NCBI GenBank assembly: GCA_030141605.1
Contig: JAQGDQ010000415.1
Coordinates: forward strand, 106,233-170,232
From: Tubiluchus corallicola
Lineage: Eukaryota > Animalia > Priapulida
DNA: 64,000 bases
Direction: 5' to 3'
The notes beneath the pieces were generated by a model. That model was not told the origin of the DNA. It worked only from the letters and a program-made list of their open reading frames with translations, and searched no databases. Below are positions 39,366 through 53,762 of this stretch, in pieces (the stretch's first letter is position 1; the number at the start of each line of letters is the position of its first letter). The translations under genes were made by a program, and so were the position numbers.

Positions 39366-39893
39366 TTAAAGGAAAGAACTAGTCACTCAGTATGTTGGCT
39401 TTATTTTACTGTTACAACTTAAACTTATAAGAATGTAACAAAAGAAATTTGCAAAAAAACTTTCCGTGAAACATAAATCTAAAATATTTTTAGACGTGGT
39501 GGTTGCCGCCATTCGTTTGAAAATTATGACGTAACTGGGTATCTTCGTGAATTTTCGTAAGCGCGTCGTGGTTTTCTGTAAACGCGAGCTGCTTAAACTA
39601 ATTCAAATTTCTGCAGCTTACCTAAAATCTAAAATCTAATCTTTTTTGTAAAAACTTATTATACTTTTGATGAAGATTAACAGTGCGCTACTTTTCTTCA
39701 GCACGAATGACGTCATTGGAAGAAGAATCGGCATTCAAAATGGAAGCGCCCGAGCATAAAGTGATCGCGACTTTAAAGTGATTTTACTAATTAAACGAGG
39801 CGCTTATTGCAGTTTTATTACTAAATCCTTGTAACACTTTTTGCGAACATTGAAATAAGCCCAACCTCCCACAAAGCTTGACCTTTCCTTTAA
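39366..39893 (+). mobile_element. Kolobok-type MITE K1
   Basis: ttaaaggaaagaac ... gacctttcctttaa. Confidence 0.8.
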
Positions 39894-40408
39894 TTATAAT
39901 TAGGAGTAAAAATAAAATCTTAGATCGCTGAAAGTCTCGTTTATCAATAAATCTGCTTCTAAACTAAATTCCCACTAAACAAAGGTCTAACTGTATAATA
40001 TTCAATACATGCAAATAACAAAATTTAGCCTATGGTCATCATCATTTCAAGAGCCTTTAAAAAGCGCACCTAGCGTCATTTTTATGAAATACATTAAAGT
40101 ATAGAATAATTTTGAACTAAACCAATAACACTGAATTTGTGGCAATTAGGAAACCCATTGTTATTGTAACAAATGGTGCTGTGGTATGAATAGTTGGCTT
40201 CTGTTAGTACAATCGCATGGTCACTGGTCAGTCATGTGGTCACTTTGGTATTGAACATGTTAAACATGTGTGCAAAGGTGAAAGTTAGTGTTTAGTGTGT
40301 TAAATTAATGAAAAGATATGGTGTAACTACTATATAATATATATTATATATATATATTATATATATACTATATTACATATATAATTAGTGTTAATGTTAA
40401 TTAAGCTG

Positions 40409-40451
<43 letters not shown>

Positions 40452-40936
40452 GCAGCTTAATTAAAATTAACACTAATTATAAAAAATTTGTAATTACCTT
40501 TTTGCATAAAACTGCATTTTTGTTTAACTACTTACATTGATGTTATAAGTAATTAGCTATCTTTGCAATTGGTATTTCTGTACTTTTGTGATTTTTTTGG
40601 AATACTTTGTAAAAGTTGATATTTTTTCTAGATTAAACGGCAACGCAAACAATAAATTGCACAGTTATATTTACAGACTGAAAAGTTTTTAAAGCAGAAG
40701 CAAAGTCTCTCGGGATGTTTAGCTTATTCTAATATTTGGGAAAATATTAGAAAGGTTCAGCAATAATTGTGATAAGCATCTCGTGTAATTAGTAAAATCA
40801 GTTTAAAGTTGTGATTACTTTACGCTTCGGTCATTTTAGACGAAAAATGGCGTCCTCCGATTTCCGTGTAATATAAACACTTATCCCACCAGGTGCTTTA
40901 GAATCTTTTTTTAACTTATAGAGCAAATTCTATAAA

Positions 40937-41952
40937 CTAAGTAACCAGCCCGGTACCTACTACGTGCTGGCAAGTTTACATGTGTATCTAAAAGTCAACA
41001 AAAATCTCTAAATTAATTATTTACACAATTAATGTTAATTACTTACACACTTTAAGGTGTAATACTGTAGATTAAACCGATGTAACCACTTTAAATTTGA
41101 TCATAATTGATCGAATCACTAATTTCTAGATAAACACAGTTAAACACAACATTAGAATGACGGAACTTCTAAGCAAAGTGTAGAAATTTCTCTACGCGTA
41201 TCTTCACAAAGCTGGCCTTCACGGCATTCACGCTGCCCAGCATACACCAGCTACGTCATTTTTTTAAAATATGCCGGCATCAACGTTCGTTTGGTCGGAG
41301 ATAAAAAATATTTAAATTTCTTTTTTTTTGTTTTTTAAGCAAAGCATTCTATGCGCACACTTTGTATCGTGGTTTCAATATTTTAATTGTACATTGAAAT
41401 GCAATAAATGTTGTTCGAGTCATTAGAATCTTTACAACAAGAATAACATCCGTTTCATAAACAGCCGACAACAAAATAGTTTTAATTTCATTTTTATAAG
41501 GAAAATCGAATTTTAAATCATTTTTGGTATATTTCCTGGTGTCGACTGACTGCTGACGTACAGTAGAAACGGTTCATTTTTCCTAATAAAAACGCAATAA
41601 AAAATTTTACGTACTGGGTTGTCTAAAAACTGCAAGTTCAGACTCCATCAACTGGTAATTTTACTATAAAATAATAACTAATAAATAAGTAATATAAAAA
41701 TTATAACTACTAATTATAAAATTATAAAAATTTAAAGCAAAATTGTTTATTATTTATAATGTTAGTAATTTTTAATGCACTCCGCATAGCCGAATTTGCA
41801 TTTAAAACTGTTCAAAAAACCGTTCAAAAGTTTTTGTCGTCATATATTAGCAATAGGCAGCCTCGGTTTCTAACAATATCTAGTGCTCAAACAAGTAAAC
41901 AAATAACCAAACACACAGACAAACATACAGACAAACAAAGAACTTTATTATC
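40937..41952 (+). mobile_element. Possible Helentron-associated (HINE/DINE-like) element
   Basis: Begins aactaagtaaccagcccggtacc...gctgg and ends with (caaa/caga)n followed by ctttatta; architecture only. Confidence 0.3.
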
Positions 41953-42739
41953 AAAACCTCTTACTCGCTCTGAATCCACGGAGAATTGCATTTATAAGCG
42001 TTGACGTCATACAGAAGCAGAAACGGCAAAATCAGAGCCCAGCAAAGAAAGAAGTTCATTCCTATGATACTTGGCCTAACTTCTGCCCACATTATCGTTC
42101 CTTTATCACAATTTATGCTTCTCCACCGTAATTATATCATACAGACACATATCCCTCCGTTTAATCGTATTTGATGCGTATATAAAACGTATTTCGTCGT
42201 AGAAAGTTTCACATCTGCTTCTGCGAGTTCGATACCGTTTCAAATCATTGACCTTCATTCACTTAAATTTCTTTGCATCAGCGTCTAGCTAATTTCCTCT
42301 GCCACTTGGCAATGCGACTCGACAATTTCCAAGCGGCCACTCGAATTTAGAAACATTAAGTTGAAATATAATTCTTGAAACTCCATCAAGAATTATATTG
42401 ATTAGCGTCGAAGCGCTGAACTGTGACTTTACTAGTTGGTCCTCGCGATCTGAGAAGAGAAACACGCACGCTCAAATGCCTTGCTTGAAGATTCCTCACG
42501 CACATGGTAATAGGTATGAATATTGCGCATGCAGGTTCCTCGGTGATGGCTTCCTTAATGAAGACCTGGCTTCTTTACTCTTCAACGAATCTTCTTAATT
42601 AAGAGTCATTCTTTAAAAAGAGATTGGAAATCCTCCCGTAAATCTTTTTAAAGAAGTCAATTTACGCAGGCAGTCAGAGTATTATAAAAGGAAAACAACT
42701 TTCTTTAAAAGCTTTTAGATATAAAGTGTAACACACACG

Positions 42740-42992
42740 TCACAAACGTTTCGACTACAGCCTGCAGTCATCGTCAGTGATAGATTACACAAACAAAGAA
42801 ACAGTTTTATAGGCAGAGCCTACAGAAATTCACTAATTATTTATTTACAAGGAAGCCAATTATGTAATAAATTAACAGGCCTGTAAAGATCTATACCTTG
42901 GCTTCCTTGTAAATACATATGAATTTCTGTAGGCTCTGTTGTTTATTTATGTAGCCTATCACTGACGATGACTGCAGGTTGTAATCGAAATC
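42740..42992. mobile_element. Penelope-like inverted pLTR remnant with minimal hammerhead-like motifs
   Basis: Arms 42749-42860 and 42897-42990 are inverted. The minus copy reads ctgacga-t-gactgc-aggct-gtagtc-gaaacgtt. Confidence 0.6.
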
Positions 42993-42994
42993 TA

Positions 42995-43370
42995 TAGTAG
43001 TGTAGTATAATATGGTATAGTACAGTATAGAATATAATAGCATAGTATAGTGTAGTGTGGTGCGGTGCGGTGCAGTGCAGTGCAGTGCAGTGCAGTGTAT
43101 TGTAGTGCGGTGCGGTGCGGTGCGGTGTGGTGCGGTGCGGTGCAGTATAGTAGAGTATAGTATAGTGTAGTGTAGTGTAGTGTAGTGTAGTGTAGTGTAG
43201 TGTAGTGTAGTGTAGTGTAGTGTAGTGTAGTGTAGTATAGTATAGTGTAGTATAGTATAGTATAGTGTAGTGTAGTATAGTATAGTATAGTATAGCATAG
43301 CATAGCATAGCATAGCATAGCATAGCATAGCATAGCATAGCATAGCATAGCATAGTATAGTATAGTACTA
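42995..43370. repeat. Pentanucleotide array (TAGTG/TAGTA/TAGCA)
   Basis: Direct reading. Confidence 0.95.
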
Positions 43371-43384
43371 TAGAATGTTCATAC

Positions 43385-43900
43385 GTTGCCCAAAAGAAGT
43401 GCATTAGTTAAATTTAGATTGGTTGTTCCCATTATGTTAGAAATTTGAAGGTTCACTAATATCGCAGAAGATGAAAGTTTGTGTCATTTTTGTGATCAGT
43501 TAGCGGTCGAGTCTGAAAAACATGTTCCATTGCAATGACCCCCTTTATGAGGATATTCTAATTTTGTTATTTCAGTGTCCAAGCGCAAAAATCAATCATT
43601 TGAATGAGTTCAGCGATAATGATAAATTGTATCAGATACTATCAGGTGATATTTGTGTAAAAGAATGTGCCAAAAGCTGCCACCTAGTGAAGGAAGAAGA
43701 AAATTTTAGACTATTGTAATGATATGTTTTAATATTTGTTTAATGACTGTTTTAATTTATATGTAAAATGATTGTTTTTAATGATTTTTTAAGGTGTCTC
43801 ATATCTGTGTAGATAGAGTGGTTTTTATTTTACTGCAACTGTGCGTGCTTTTGTGTTTTAAATTTTTGCAAAAAAAGGTGACAATATAATAAACTAACTA
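43385..43900 (+). mobile_element. Degraded LINE 3' end with AATAAA and (CTATA)n tail
   Basis: KRSALVKFRLVVPIMLEI*RFTNIAEDESLCHFCDQLAVESEKH: same signature with stops; aataaa at ~43888 runs directly into the pentanucleotide array. Confidence 0.65.
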
Positions 43901-44763
43901 TACTATACTACTATACTACTATACTGCACTGTACTGTACTGTACTAGGCTGTACTGTACTGCACTGCACTATGCTGTGCTGTGCTGTGCTGTGCTGTGCT
44001 GTACTGTACTGTACTGTACTGTACTGCACTGCACTGCACTGTACTGTACTGTACTGTACCACAATGTGCTATACTATACTGTACTGTACTGCACTGCACT
44101 GCGCTGTGCTGCACTGCACTATACTATACTGTACTGTACTGTACTGTACTGTACTGTACTGCACTGTACTGCACTATACTGTACTGTGCTGAACTGTACT
44201 GTGCTGTGCTGTGCTGTGCTGTGCTGTGCTGTGCTGTGCTGTGCTGTGCTGTGCTGTGCTGCGCTGCGCTGCGCTGCGCTGCGCTGCGCTGCACTGCACT
44301 GCACTGCACTGTACTGTACTGTACCGCAATGTGCTATACTATACTGTACTGTACTGTACTGTACTGTACTGCACTATACTATACTGTACTGTACTGCACT
44401 ATACTGTACTGTACTGCAATGCACTATACTATACTGTACTGTACTACAATGTACTGCGCTGCGCTGCACGGCACTGAAACGCACTGCACTGACTGCACTG
44501 CACTATACTATACTATACTATACTATACTATACTATACTATACTATACTATACTATACTATACTATACTATACTATACTATACTATACTATACTATACTA
44601 TACTATACTATACTACACTACACTACACTACACTACACTACACTACACTACACTACACTACACTACACTACACTACACTACACTACACCACACTACACCA
44701 CACCACACCACACCACACCACACCACACCACACCACACCACACCACACTACACTACACTACAC
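43898..44763. repeat. Pentanucleotide array (CTATA/CTGTA/CTGTG/CTACA)
   Basis: Direct reading. Confidence 0.95.
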
Positions 44764-45247
44764 CAATCCAAGAAAACCAGGGTATAGCTTCACAATACCA
44801 GATCTAGATGACATGTACTGCAGCAGCAGATCTGTTTATGCATTGCTCGGACATGCGGGTTTCATCCAACTTCCGGCAGAGCCGTTTGTCTGGCTTCGTT
44901 CCGGATGTAGACACACCAAGACTTCACGAATAATAAGAAACCAGAAATTTGCCGTTAACTGTCACCTCAAAAACTGTTTGCCAGCATTACTGATGCTGTT
45001 GTATGACATCAAGTTATTTTGTTAATGTAGGTCTTCGTGCTTTCGTTTTTACTCATTTTCTGCTGATTGAACCACCTCCGACATGGATACGCCACACAGG
45101 ACGTCTTAATTGCTCACCGCCAGCGGACTATGATATTAATAGCAGATCTACGTCTCGAATAAAAGTAAATAAGGTCAATAAACAGCTGCTATATTGGCAT
45201 GTTCGGATATCTGATGCTGGGATGAGGTTTGCTGAAATTATAGCCAT

Positions 45248-45798
45248 TTAAAGGAAGACAGGATGATTTTTCATGCATTATTCCAATCACAAGTACGGTA
45301 AAGTATACATTTTAGCACCAATAATACTGCAAAAGTGTTTCTGATCATTAAAAAATATAGCAGAAACTTAATCAACAGCGCGCCAGACAGTTTGATGTTT
45401 GATGACATCACAAACTAACATAATTTTCAACAACAAAATATTACACGAACGTGTTGCACGTGCTTGCGAAAGCAAAAATTGAAGTACAAAGCTACTGTGT
45501 GAGATACAGAGTACTGCTGGGCTCAGCACGTCACAAACAAACACTTCGGAACTGAAAGGTACAGCACCTATTTTTGTGGAACGCGTTTCCGAAATGCAAT
45601 AGCCAGTGCCCGTGTAACTAGCAAATGGCGAAATGCATGTAACAGCGAACAACTAGTGGCGTGAACGCGAAATTGTGTTTTTGTGTAACAATTCCTTCAC
45701 GTAAGTCATTTTTGAAAAAGTAGTATGTTTCCTTTCAATATTTTAAAGAGTAGATTATTCTCACCTACAGTTTAAGAGTTGGTTCAGCTTTGCTTTAA
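45248..45798 (-). mobile_element. Kolobok-type MITE K2, inverted
   Basis: ttaaaggaagacaggatgattt ... ctttgctttaa. Confidence 0.75.
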
Positions 45799-45988
45799 TT
45801 GTCGTGAGTGTGACATCACGCTTTTCCTAAGTTTACACTAATTGTTAAAATAAATGAATGAATTATATTTGTTAAAGCAAATCGTATTGGAACTCGGTGA
45901 TTTAAAGATTCATACAAACCGTCCCATCACGTTTGGGACGCGTTTATCCCCCCCCCCCATGGCTGCTATACTCCTATACTACACTGTC

Positions 45989-46672
45989 TTAAAGGACAAA
46001 AAAGAGGTACCTGAAGGAGGTTTCAGAAAAAACGCCTTAAAAATTATATTACTTTATAGTAATTTTATCTGTACTCGCTTTGAAAGGAATTTTTGATTGT
46101 TTTAATTTTAAACTTCCCGCAAAACTGTTCCGAAGTCGCTATTACATGGCGTCATATACGCAAACGTAAAGCAGGGGAAGAAAAAGAAATGTTAAACTAT
46201 GTCCCCAAAAAACTTTCCATGGAAAGTTATGTTACTTAGCTATTCGCTTACCTGCTTGAAAAACTTATGTAACTAGAAAAGAAAATAATTAATTATTTAA
46301 AATGTTTTCACTAATTGGTAAAACGTCGTTGACTCACCTCCAGGGTGCGCCACTCACTAACCAAAAACGTATTTTTAATCTCATTCACAAGATACAGTAA
46401 TTTTAAATTTTACTTTGTTAGTAACGTGTGCGCTACGAATGCTCTGATTATTTTTCTCAAACTTTACTTAGTGTTATTTAAACGTGTATCAAATGGCTAA
46501 TGATCAAATTGGCTGTATCTAACGGTCATCGTGGGAGTTTAAATTTACATGTTTTATACAGCGTTGTTGCCAACGCAAGCCCTGAATGCAAAAAGGCAGT
46601 ACGTAAGTGGTACAAAACTTCAAGATGAATTTTTTAAGCTTTATGTAAGTAAAAGGTTTCCTTCTGCTTCAA
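45989..46672 (+). mobile_element. Kolobok-type MITE K4
   Basis: ttaaaggacaaaaaagaggtacctgaag ... ttctgcttcaa. Confidence 0.78.
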
Positions 46673-47209
46673 GGTAAGATAGAGTTGTGATGAATTTCAC
46701 CAATATTACGTAATTTTCAAAGCAGGGTCAAAGTTGTGCTCTCGTAAGATCTAACCAAACGATCAACATCAAAACGCATTTGTAAATTATTTAAGTGCAG
46801 AAAAAAATCCATTTTTTTATTTCAAAATTATCATTTGATACTCAACTAGAATATTGTTAGCCAATTCTGTGTACGTGACATTCTCATTAATTGTTTAGCT
46901 TGGGCAACTGCTATCCTTGTCAAAGAACTTGAACAACCGTATAACCTGCGCGTATGGATCTGAAAGTAGCGCTTACAAGCCGCTCGGCCAAGCGGTCTCT
47001 CTCTCTCTTACAGCAACCTGATTTGATAATCACATGAATAAACCCAATAATCATTCCAGTAAGAGAAAAATTCCTGTGTCAATAAGATGACAATGGTAAA
47101 TTGCAGCCCCTTGCCAGTAATGCATTGATTGTGGAAGTGAGCATATATATGTGCTGGGGCACAGAACCCTGCCTTGTATAACTTGATAAAACCGATGCAC
47201 TATAATATA

Positions 47210-47960
<751 letters not shown>

Positions 47961-48046
47961 TTTGAGCATATTAGCAAATAGTAAACGTACAAGACGAAAA
48001 GTGCATTTAAAACACAGTCAACAGGCAGAAAAGTAGCCCATTTATC

Positions 48047-48653
48047 TTAAAAGAAAGGTCAAACCTTCTAGGAGGTTAGGCTTATTTCCATGTTTGTGAA
48101 AATTGTAAAAGGATTTAGTAATAAAACCGCAATAAGCGCCTCTTGTAATTAGTAAAATCACTTTAAAGTCGGGATCACTTCATGCTTGGACGCTCCCATT
48201 TTCAATGCCCATTCTTCCACCAATGACGTCATTCGTCTTGAAGAAAAGTATCGCGCTGTCAATCTTTGTCAAAGGTATAATAAGTTTTTACAAAAAAATA
48301 GATGATTTTATAAACTTTTGCGTAAACATTAGGCAAGCCGTAGAAATATGAATTTGTTTAAGCAGCGCGCGCTTACGGAAATCCACGACGCGTTTACGAA
48401 AAGTCACGAACTCTCCCAGTTACGTCATGATTTTCAAGTGAATGACGGCTGAAGTACTATATTTTAAACTTATGCCTTACAGCCAGTTTTTTTTTACAAA
48501 TTTCTTCGTTATATTTTTCTAAGTTTAAGTGAAACCAGGAAAATGAACCCAACATACTGAGTGACATGTTCTTTCCTTTAGCACACCACAAACACTTTAT
48601 GTGATAAGAGAAAAATAAACCCAAGATACTGAGTGACTTGTTCTTTCCTTTAA
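48047..48653 (-). mobile_element. Kolobok-type MITE K1 with duplicated left end, inverted
   Basis: Reverse complement of K1; TTAA at both ends. Confidence 0.8.
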
Positions 48654-49985
48654 GGCAGGACAATAGCTGCTGAAATGGAGTAACTTCTGTTACATCTGGT
48701 CTTCCATCTTTGCCATTTTCATGCCGCAATGACATACAGAAAGTTAGTATACTTTAGTTGGATGAGGCTTAGACTTATAAGAACTAGTCCAGAACCCTCA
48801 TTCTACTCGTCGAAAATCAGTAGAAGTCCTAACAGTTCCTTTTCCTGGAAGGTACGATCTAACTTACTTGGTATCCACAGTGAAAGAACCCATTGATTTA
48901 TTAACCTAAATATGCCGTTAAGCTAACGCGGTATGACATGGCAGACATAAGCCTCTTATAGCATTACCTATGATATTGATATAGTATAATGCTTACTTTG
49001 AATAACGGAGAAATCTTGCGTATCGAATTTATTCTTGTCTGAGTCTTTCCGTGAGTAATCTCCGAGAAGTTGCTGTGAAAATTGTAATTCTACCATCCTA
49101 TAGAATAGAATTATAGAATTTACAATCCGATAATTCTATTCCATAGGTTAATAGAGTTACTATTCTATCATTCTATTAAAATCACATACAGTGCGAGCAA
49201 AATATATTACATAACGACCAGTTTATTTACGCAAGTAATTTCAAATGAGTAAAGGTTAAACAATGTGCTGATTTAAGTATGTGTCGCTTCCTCCTTTTCT
49301 GTTATAAACTGGTTTACGTATAAAACTTTATTTATTTTAAGTGAATTGTCATACAGTAATATTACTGATCGAAGTTTTTCCACTGTGTAACAAATACATT
49401 TTAGTTGAGAATACATATATACAACTGGTTATCAAGAATATAGTTACATAGATAGCTCAAAACGCAAGTAATTCATTAGTTAACACTTACAAAGCTCACA
49501 GAGTACAGAAGCGGTACCGAAACAATTATCAATATACATCATCCTATTAGTCATACAAAAGTATGATTGATCAATGACTGGTGTTTAATTCAAAAATCCA
49601 AAATTAAAAATAATTCAAGTTACAATTCAACATACAATTACATGTGCAATCAATTAGTTCGGCAACAATTTGAAGAGAATGTCACTGGATGGATGACTTG
49701 ATGAGCTGATGGATGGATAAATTGGTTTCTTTTTGAACTGGTCATGTGACCAATCTTTTACCTGTAAACTTACCTGTAGATTGAAGTCACTCAGCCATTC
49801 ACACACACTGCAATTATAGATTACGTCATTCATTGATTTGTCGTCATAATTTCATAATTGCACTTTTAGAAGCTAACCATGTAAGTTGATTTATTAATTT
49901 CTTAAATCTTGAACATTTGTGTTATTAAAGAGATTAGATTAATTAAATTAGAGATTAGATTTTATAATTTACATAAAAAGTTGTT

Positions 49986-50482
49986 AAAGAATTATTACCA
50001 CACAAACACAATTTCACGTTCTTGCCACTAGTTCTTCGCTGTTACATTTCGCCCCTCGCTACTTAGACGGGCATTGTGAAAAAACAGGTGCTGTACCTTT
50101 CAGTTCAGATGTGTTGGCTTGTGACGAACTACACACATTCGACAACAGCTCATGGGTGAGTACAGCAGTAAATTTAAAATTTGAATTTTTATCTGAAAAC
50201 TTACATTGTTTTAGTCCAACACACAGAATCTCTTACAGTAGCACTGTGCTTCAATTTTCGCTTTTGCAAACACGTGCAACACGCTCGTGGGATATTTTTG
50301 CTGTTAAATTATGTTAGTTTGTGATGTCATCAATAGTTGGGCTCGCCCGCCGTTAATTAAGTTTTTAATCTATTATTTAATTATCAGAAACGCCTTTACA
50401 GTATTAATTGTGTTAAAATGTATACTTTTTATCCGACTTGAAAATGGGGTAGTATATGAAAAATCATCGTGTCTTCCATTAA
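49986..50482 (+). mobile_element. Kolobok-type MITE K2, left-truncated
   Basis: Matches 3660-4170; ends gtcttccattaa. Confidence 0.75.
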
Positions 50483-50629
50483 TGTTAATTAGAGCAATTT
50501 GGTAAAAATATCTCTGTCAAACTGAGCAAATTCTCTGATTTTGTTTACAGATTAAACGATACAAGCTACACATTTATATTGTTCAGATTTTTATGATAAG
50601 GTGGGACAGACAAGGTGATTTAATGTAAT

Positions 50630-51189
50630 TTAAAGGACAAAAAAGGGGTAAGTTTCGCGTTACTGTCCCGACCGCGCCATTACGTGACGTCATATACGCA
50701 CAAGGTAAAACAGGGGAAGAAAAGGAAACGTTAAATTATGTCCCAAAAAACTAAAATATGCAAAGTTATATTACTTAGTATTTCGATTGCCTGCTTGAAA
50801 GCTCATGTAACTAGAAAAGAAAAATTATTAATTATATAAATGCTTTCACCAGTTGGCAAAATGTCACTGACTCACCCTCCAAGTTGGACCACCCACTAAC
50901 CAAAATCGTATTTTAATCTTATTGACAAGATACAGTAATTTAAAATTTTACTTAGTTAGGATGCTCTGATTATTTTTTCAAACTTTACACAATGCTATCT
51001 AAACTTGTTTCAAATGACTTTTCGTCAAAATGGCTGCGTCTAACGGTCATCACGGGAGTTACACATTTTAGACAGCGTTACTGCCGACACAAGCCATGCA
51101 TGCAAAACGCAGGCAGGACGTAAGTGGAACAAAATTTCAAGACGAATTTTTTAAGCTTGATGTAAGTGGAGGATTTTCTTGTGCTTTAA
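50630..51189 (+). mobile_element. Kolobok-type MITE K4 (internal deletion)
   Basis: ttaaaggacaa ... ttcttgtgctttaa. Confidence 0.78.
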
Positions 51190-51711
51190 TAGAAGTTTTA
51201 CCATATTATCACTGACAGATGAACAGTCAGAAAAGCTATCACTTCACGCAAGATTATTGCCTGAATTTCTGCATTCACTTTACGTATGATTAAATCTTAA
51301 TAACCAAGGGAACAATTACGAAAAGACGTTGCAACAAGCGAATCTGCATTCTCTTCGCTTTTCTCTAGGTAATCTGCAAACGTAGACGATGTAGACGCTC
51401 GTTTCAAAGACACCGTGTTTAATTTTCTAACGTTATCCATTAAAGTCACAAAGCCCAGACGACAAATTACAACGGCCGTAAACGTTTCGAGGATAAATGC
51501 CACGAACTTGACCGACAGATGCGTCACGACTCGTTAATTAATTCGCAGAAGAACTACACGGCAGTAATTGGCGATTTGAGTTTCAATTTTCTTTTTTAAT
51601 TCGTTTGCTTAGATGGAAAGCTACCAAACAGACAGGCGTGTAATCAATGAATGTTGCTTCACTTGACAACTACTGTAATTCCTCTAACACTGTGAGAGTT
51701 TATTTTGCAAA

Positions 51712-52256
51712 TTAATGAAAAACCGGACGATTGGATTAGACTCAATCTCATTTTAATTTACTTTCCAAAATATACATTTTCTTGCCTATAAAAGTTAGCA
51801 GTTGTTGCAATATTGGAATAATTACCTTGGAAGGTTAGTTAGCGGCAACCGAACACAGCTATCACTTACGTCACAAACTAACCTCAGTTTCAGCAATGGT
51901 AGGCATTTTCCCTGCGCGTAAAGTATGTTTGCGTAAGCGAAGATTGCTATAAGACGCTGATGTGATATCACGAAAATGAGCTCGCCGTCACACTGACGTC
52001 ACAGACGAACACAATGCAGTTGATGATCATTCTTATCACGGTACTGCGCCCATTTATCGGCCACGAGAATGTGAAATTGCCAGTCTTAGTAGAATTGCGG
52101 AGCCGCGAGTAGCTTTGAAAGATTCACAAAATTTAACTATCCGAGGTAATTATTATTTAATCTATGCTTTGATTTAAAAACAGCTGTTGTAGTTTTCAAT
52201 ATTTGAGGGCATACTTTATTTTGAACTGTCTATACAATCGTGTGCTTTTCCTTTAA
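51712..52256 (-). mobile_element. Kolobok-type MITE K3, inverted
   Basis: ttaatgaaaaaccggacga ... cttttcctttaa. Confidence 0.78.
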
Positions 52257-52435
52257 GCCTTTCAAAGTTGTTGACGCCATTTGCTTATCAAAAAGTCAGA
52301 TGACATTTACAAGACAAACTACAACTACATAAAAGGGGGACTAGTATTACCCCACTTTTACCGCAAAAAACCACACGCCGGGCAGGGTAACACAGGTTTT
52401 TTTATTAATAATAATAAATGTTCTTTGTTAATACC

Positions 52436-52497
52436 CGGCCGTAGTATCGAACTCGCGACTTTCCAGACGGAAGCGAACGCGTTACCACTAAACTATA
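52436..52497 (-). mobile_element. tRNA-like head of an interspersed repeat
   Basis: tatagtttagtggtaacgcg...gagttcgatactacggccgg with A and B boxes but poor cloverleaf stems; similar fragments at ~26195-26265 and ~26392-26457. Confidence 0.35.
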
Positions 52498-53762
52498 AGT
52501 GTTGTGTTTGCGCTATCAAACGCTATTTTAAATCTTTACCTGTAACGTTAAACTGTATATACAGTAAATTCGTCTGAAATTTATACGAGCAACTGAGACT
52601 TCGTTTGCGAGATTATGACGGATCATAATCATACAGCAGGTGCTTTTGTATATGAATATTTTAGATTATATTGCTCTCCTATGTCTAGTAACTTCTTCTT
52701 AAAACATGCAAGTAATGCTAACATCATGAGCATGTTTTACTGACATGCTCATTTTGTTATGCAAAAGTAAAAATAAAACATTATTGACGAAGCCAAGTTC
52801 AAGTTCGCGCAGTGGCGGCTCGTAGCAAAAATTTCTGGGGCTGCTGCTTCAGTTAAAAGTTAGTCAGTGTTTTAATACTGTGTAAAGCGAAATAAACATA
52901 TGTAATTTTAATGTTGTAATTTTGTAATGTTGTAATTGTTATAATGTGTAATTGTAACAAACATATAAAAATTTACACATAAATTTGATAAAATCCTGAA
53001 CAGAAAAATATTTTTTGCTTACGAATAGCCTAACTTGTTGCAGTTTAAGTTTGATCCATTCACGGTAAGCACGTGACAACTGACAACAAACTGTGTGAAC
53101 AGCAGTACTTTCTCTACCTGGGCTCAGACACGTGGCATGGCCGCATGCGCACAACAGCCAAACACCACTTTGCTGGAGCGCACTGTGCTGGGTTGTGAAA
53201 CGAATTGTACTACCCTCACGTGCTCCGGTTCTGCACAAGTATAAAAAAGAACTAAAGAAAAAAGACTTATTATATTGAATATTATCGACAATATTGAGTG
53301 AAAATAGGGGGTGCTGTAGTTCGATAGAACCTATACACGAGCCGCCGTTGTTTGTATCGTAGTGACATCGTCCACTATGTGGCGCTACAACGACAATAAA
53401 ATAAGATGCATTAATGCGGTCTAGAGATGCATAAGAGCAGTCGACTTTCTGAAATTTTTGTTTACTGCTCGTAAAGTTTCTTCAACAGTTTTTGGCACGT
53501 TTGGCAAAGCTAAGCGACTTTGAGTTGAGTAGACTTTGTAACACGTTTTAACTGCACACTTTTTTATAAAGTCACCTAGTGTTGAGCTAATAAACTTTTT
53601 AAATCCTTTGATATGCAGACAAGAGTATTCGTAATGCGACATAGTAGCCCCAACAACGTTACAACATTTTAAAACATTTGGATTGTTATAGCAACGATCA
53701 AAAATATTTTGGCCATATTAGAGAAATAAACGAACTAAAGTTACTGAACTATTTCTTTTCAG

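Noticed and set aside
43971-45025. Cys-rich 349-aa and 268-aa ORFs
   Set aside because: Translations of pentanucleotide arrays; the same applies to the poly-L/C/V/H/M, IYLF and SL/ER ORFs elsewhere.
52436-52497. tRNA gene
   Set aside because: A and B boxes present but acceptor and anticodon stems do not pair.
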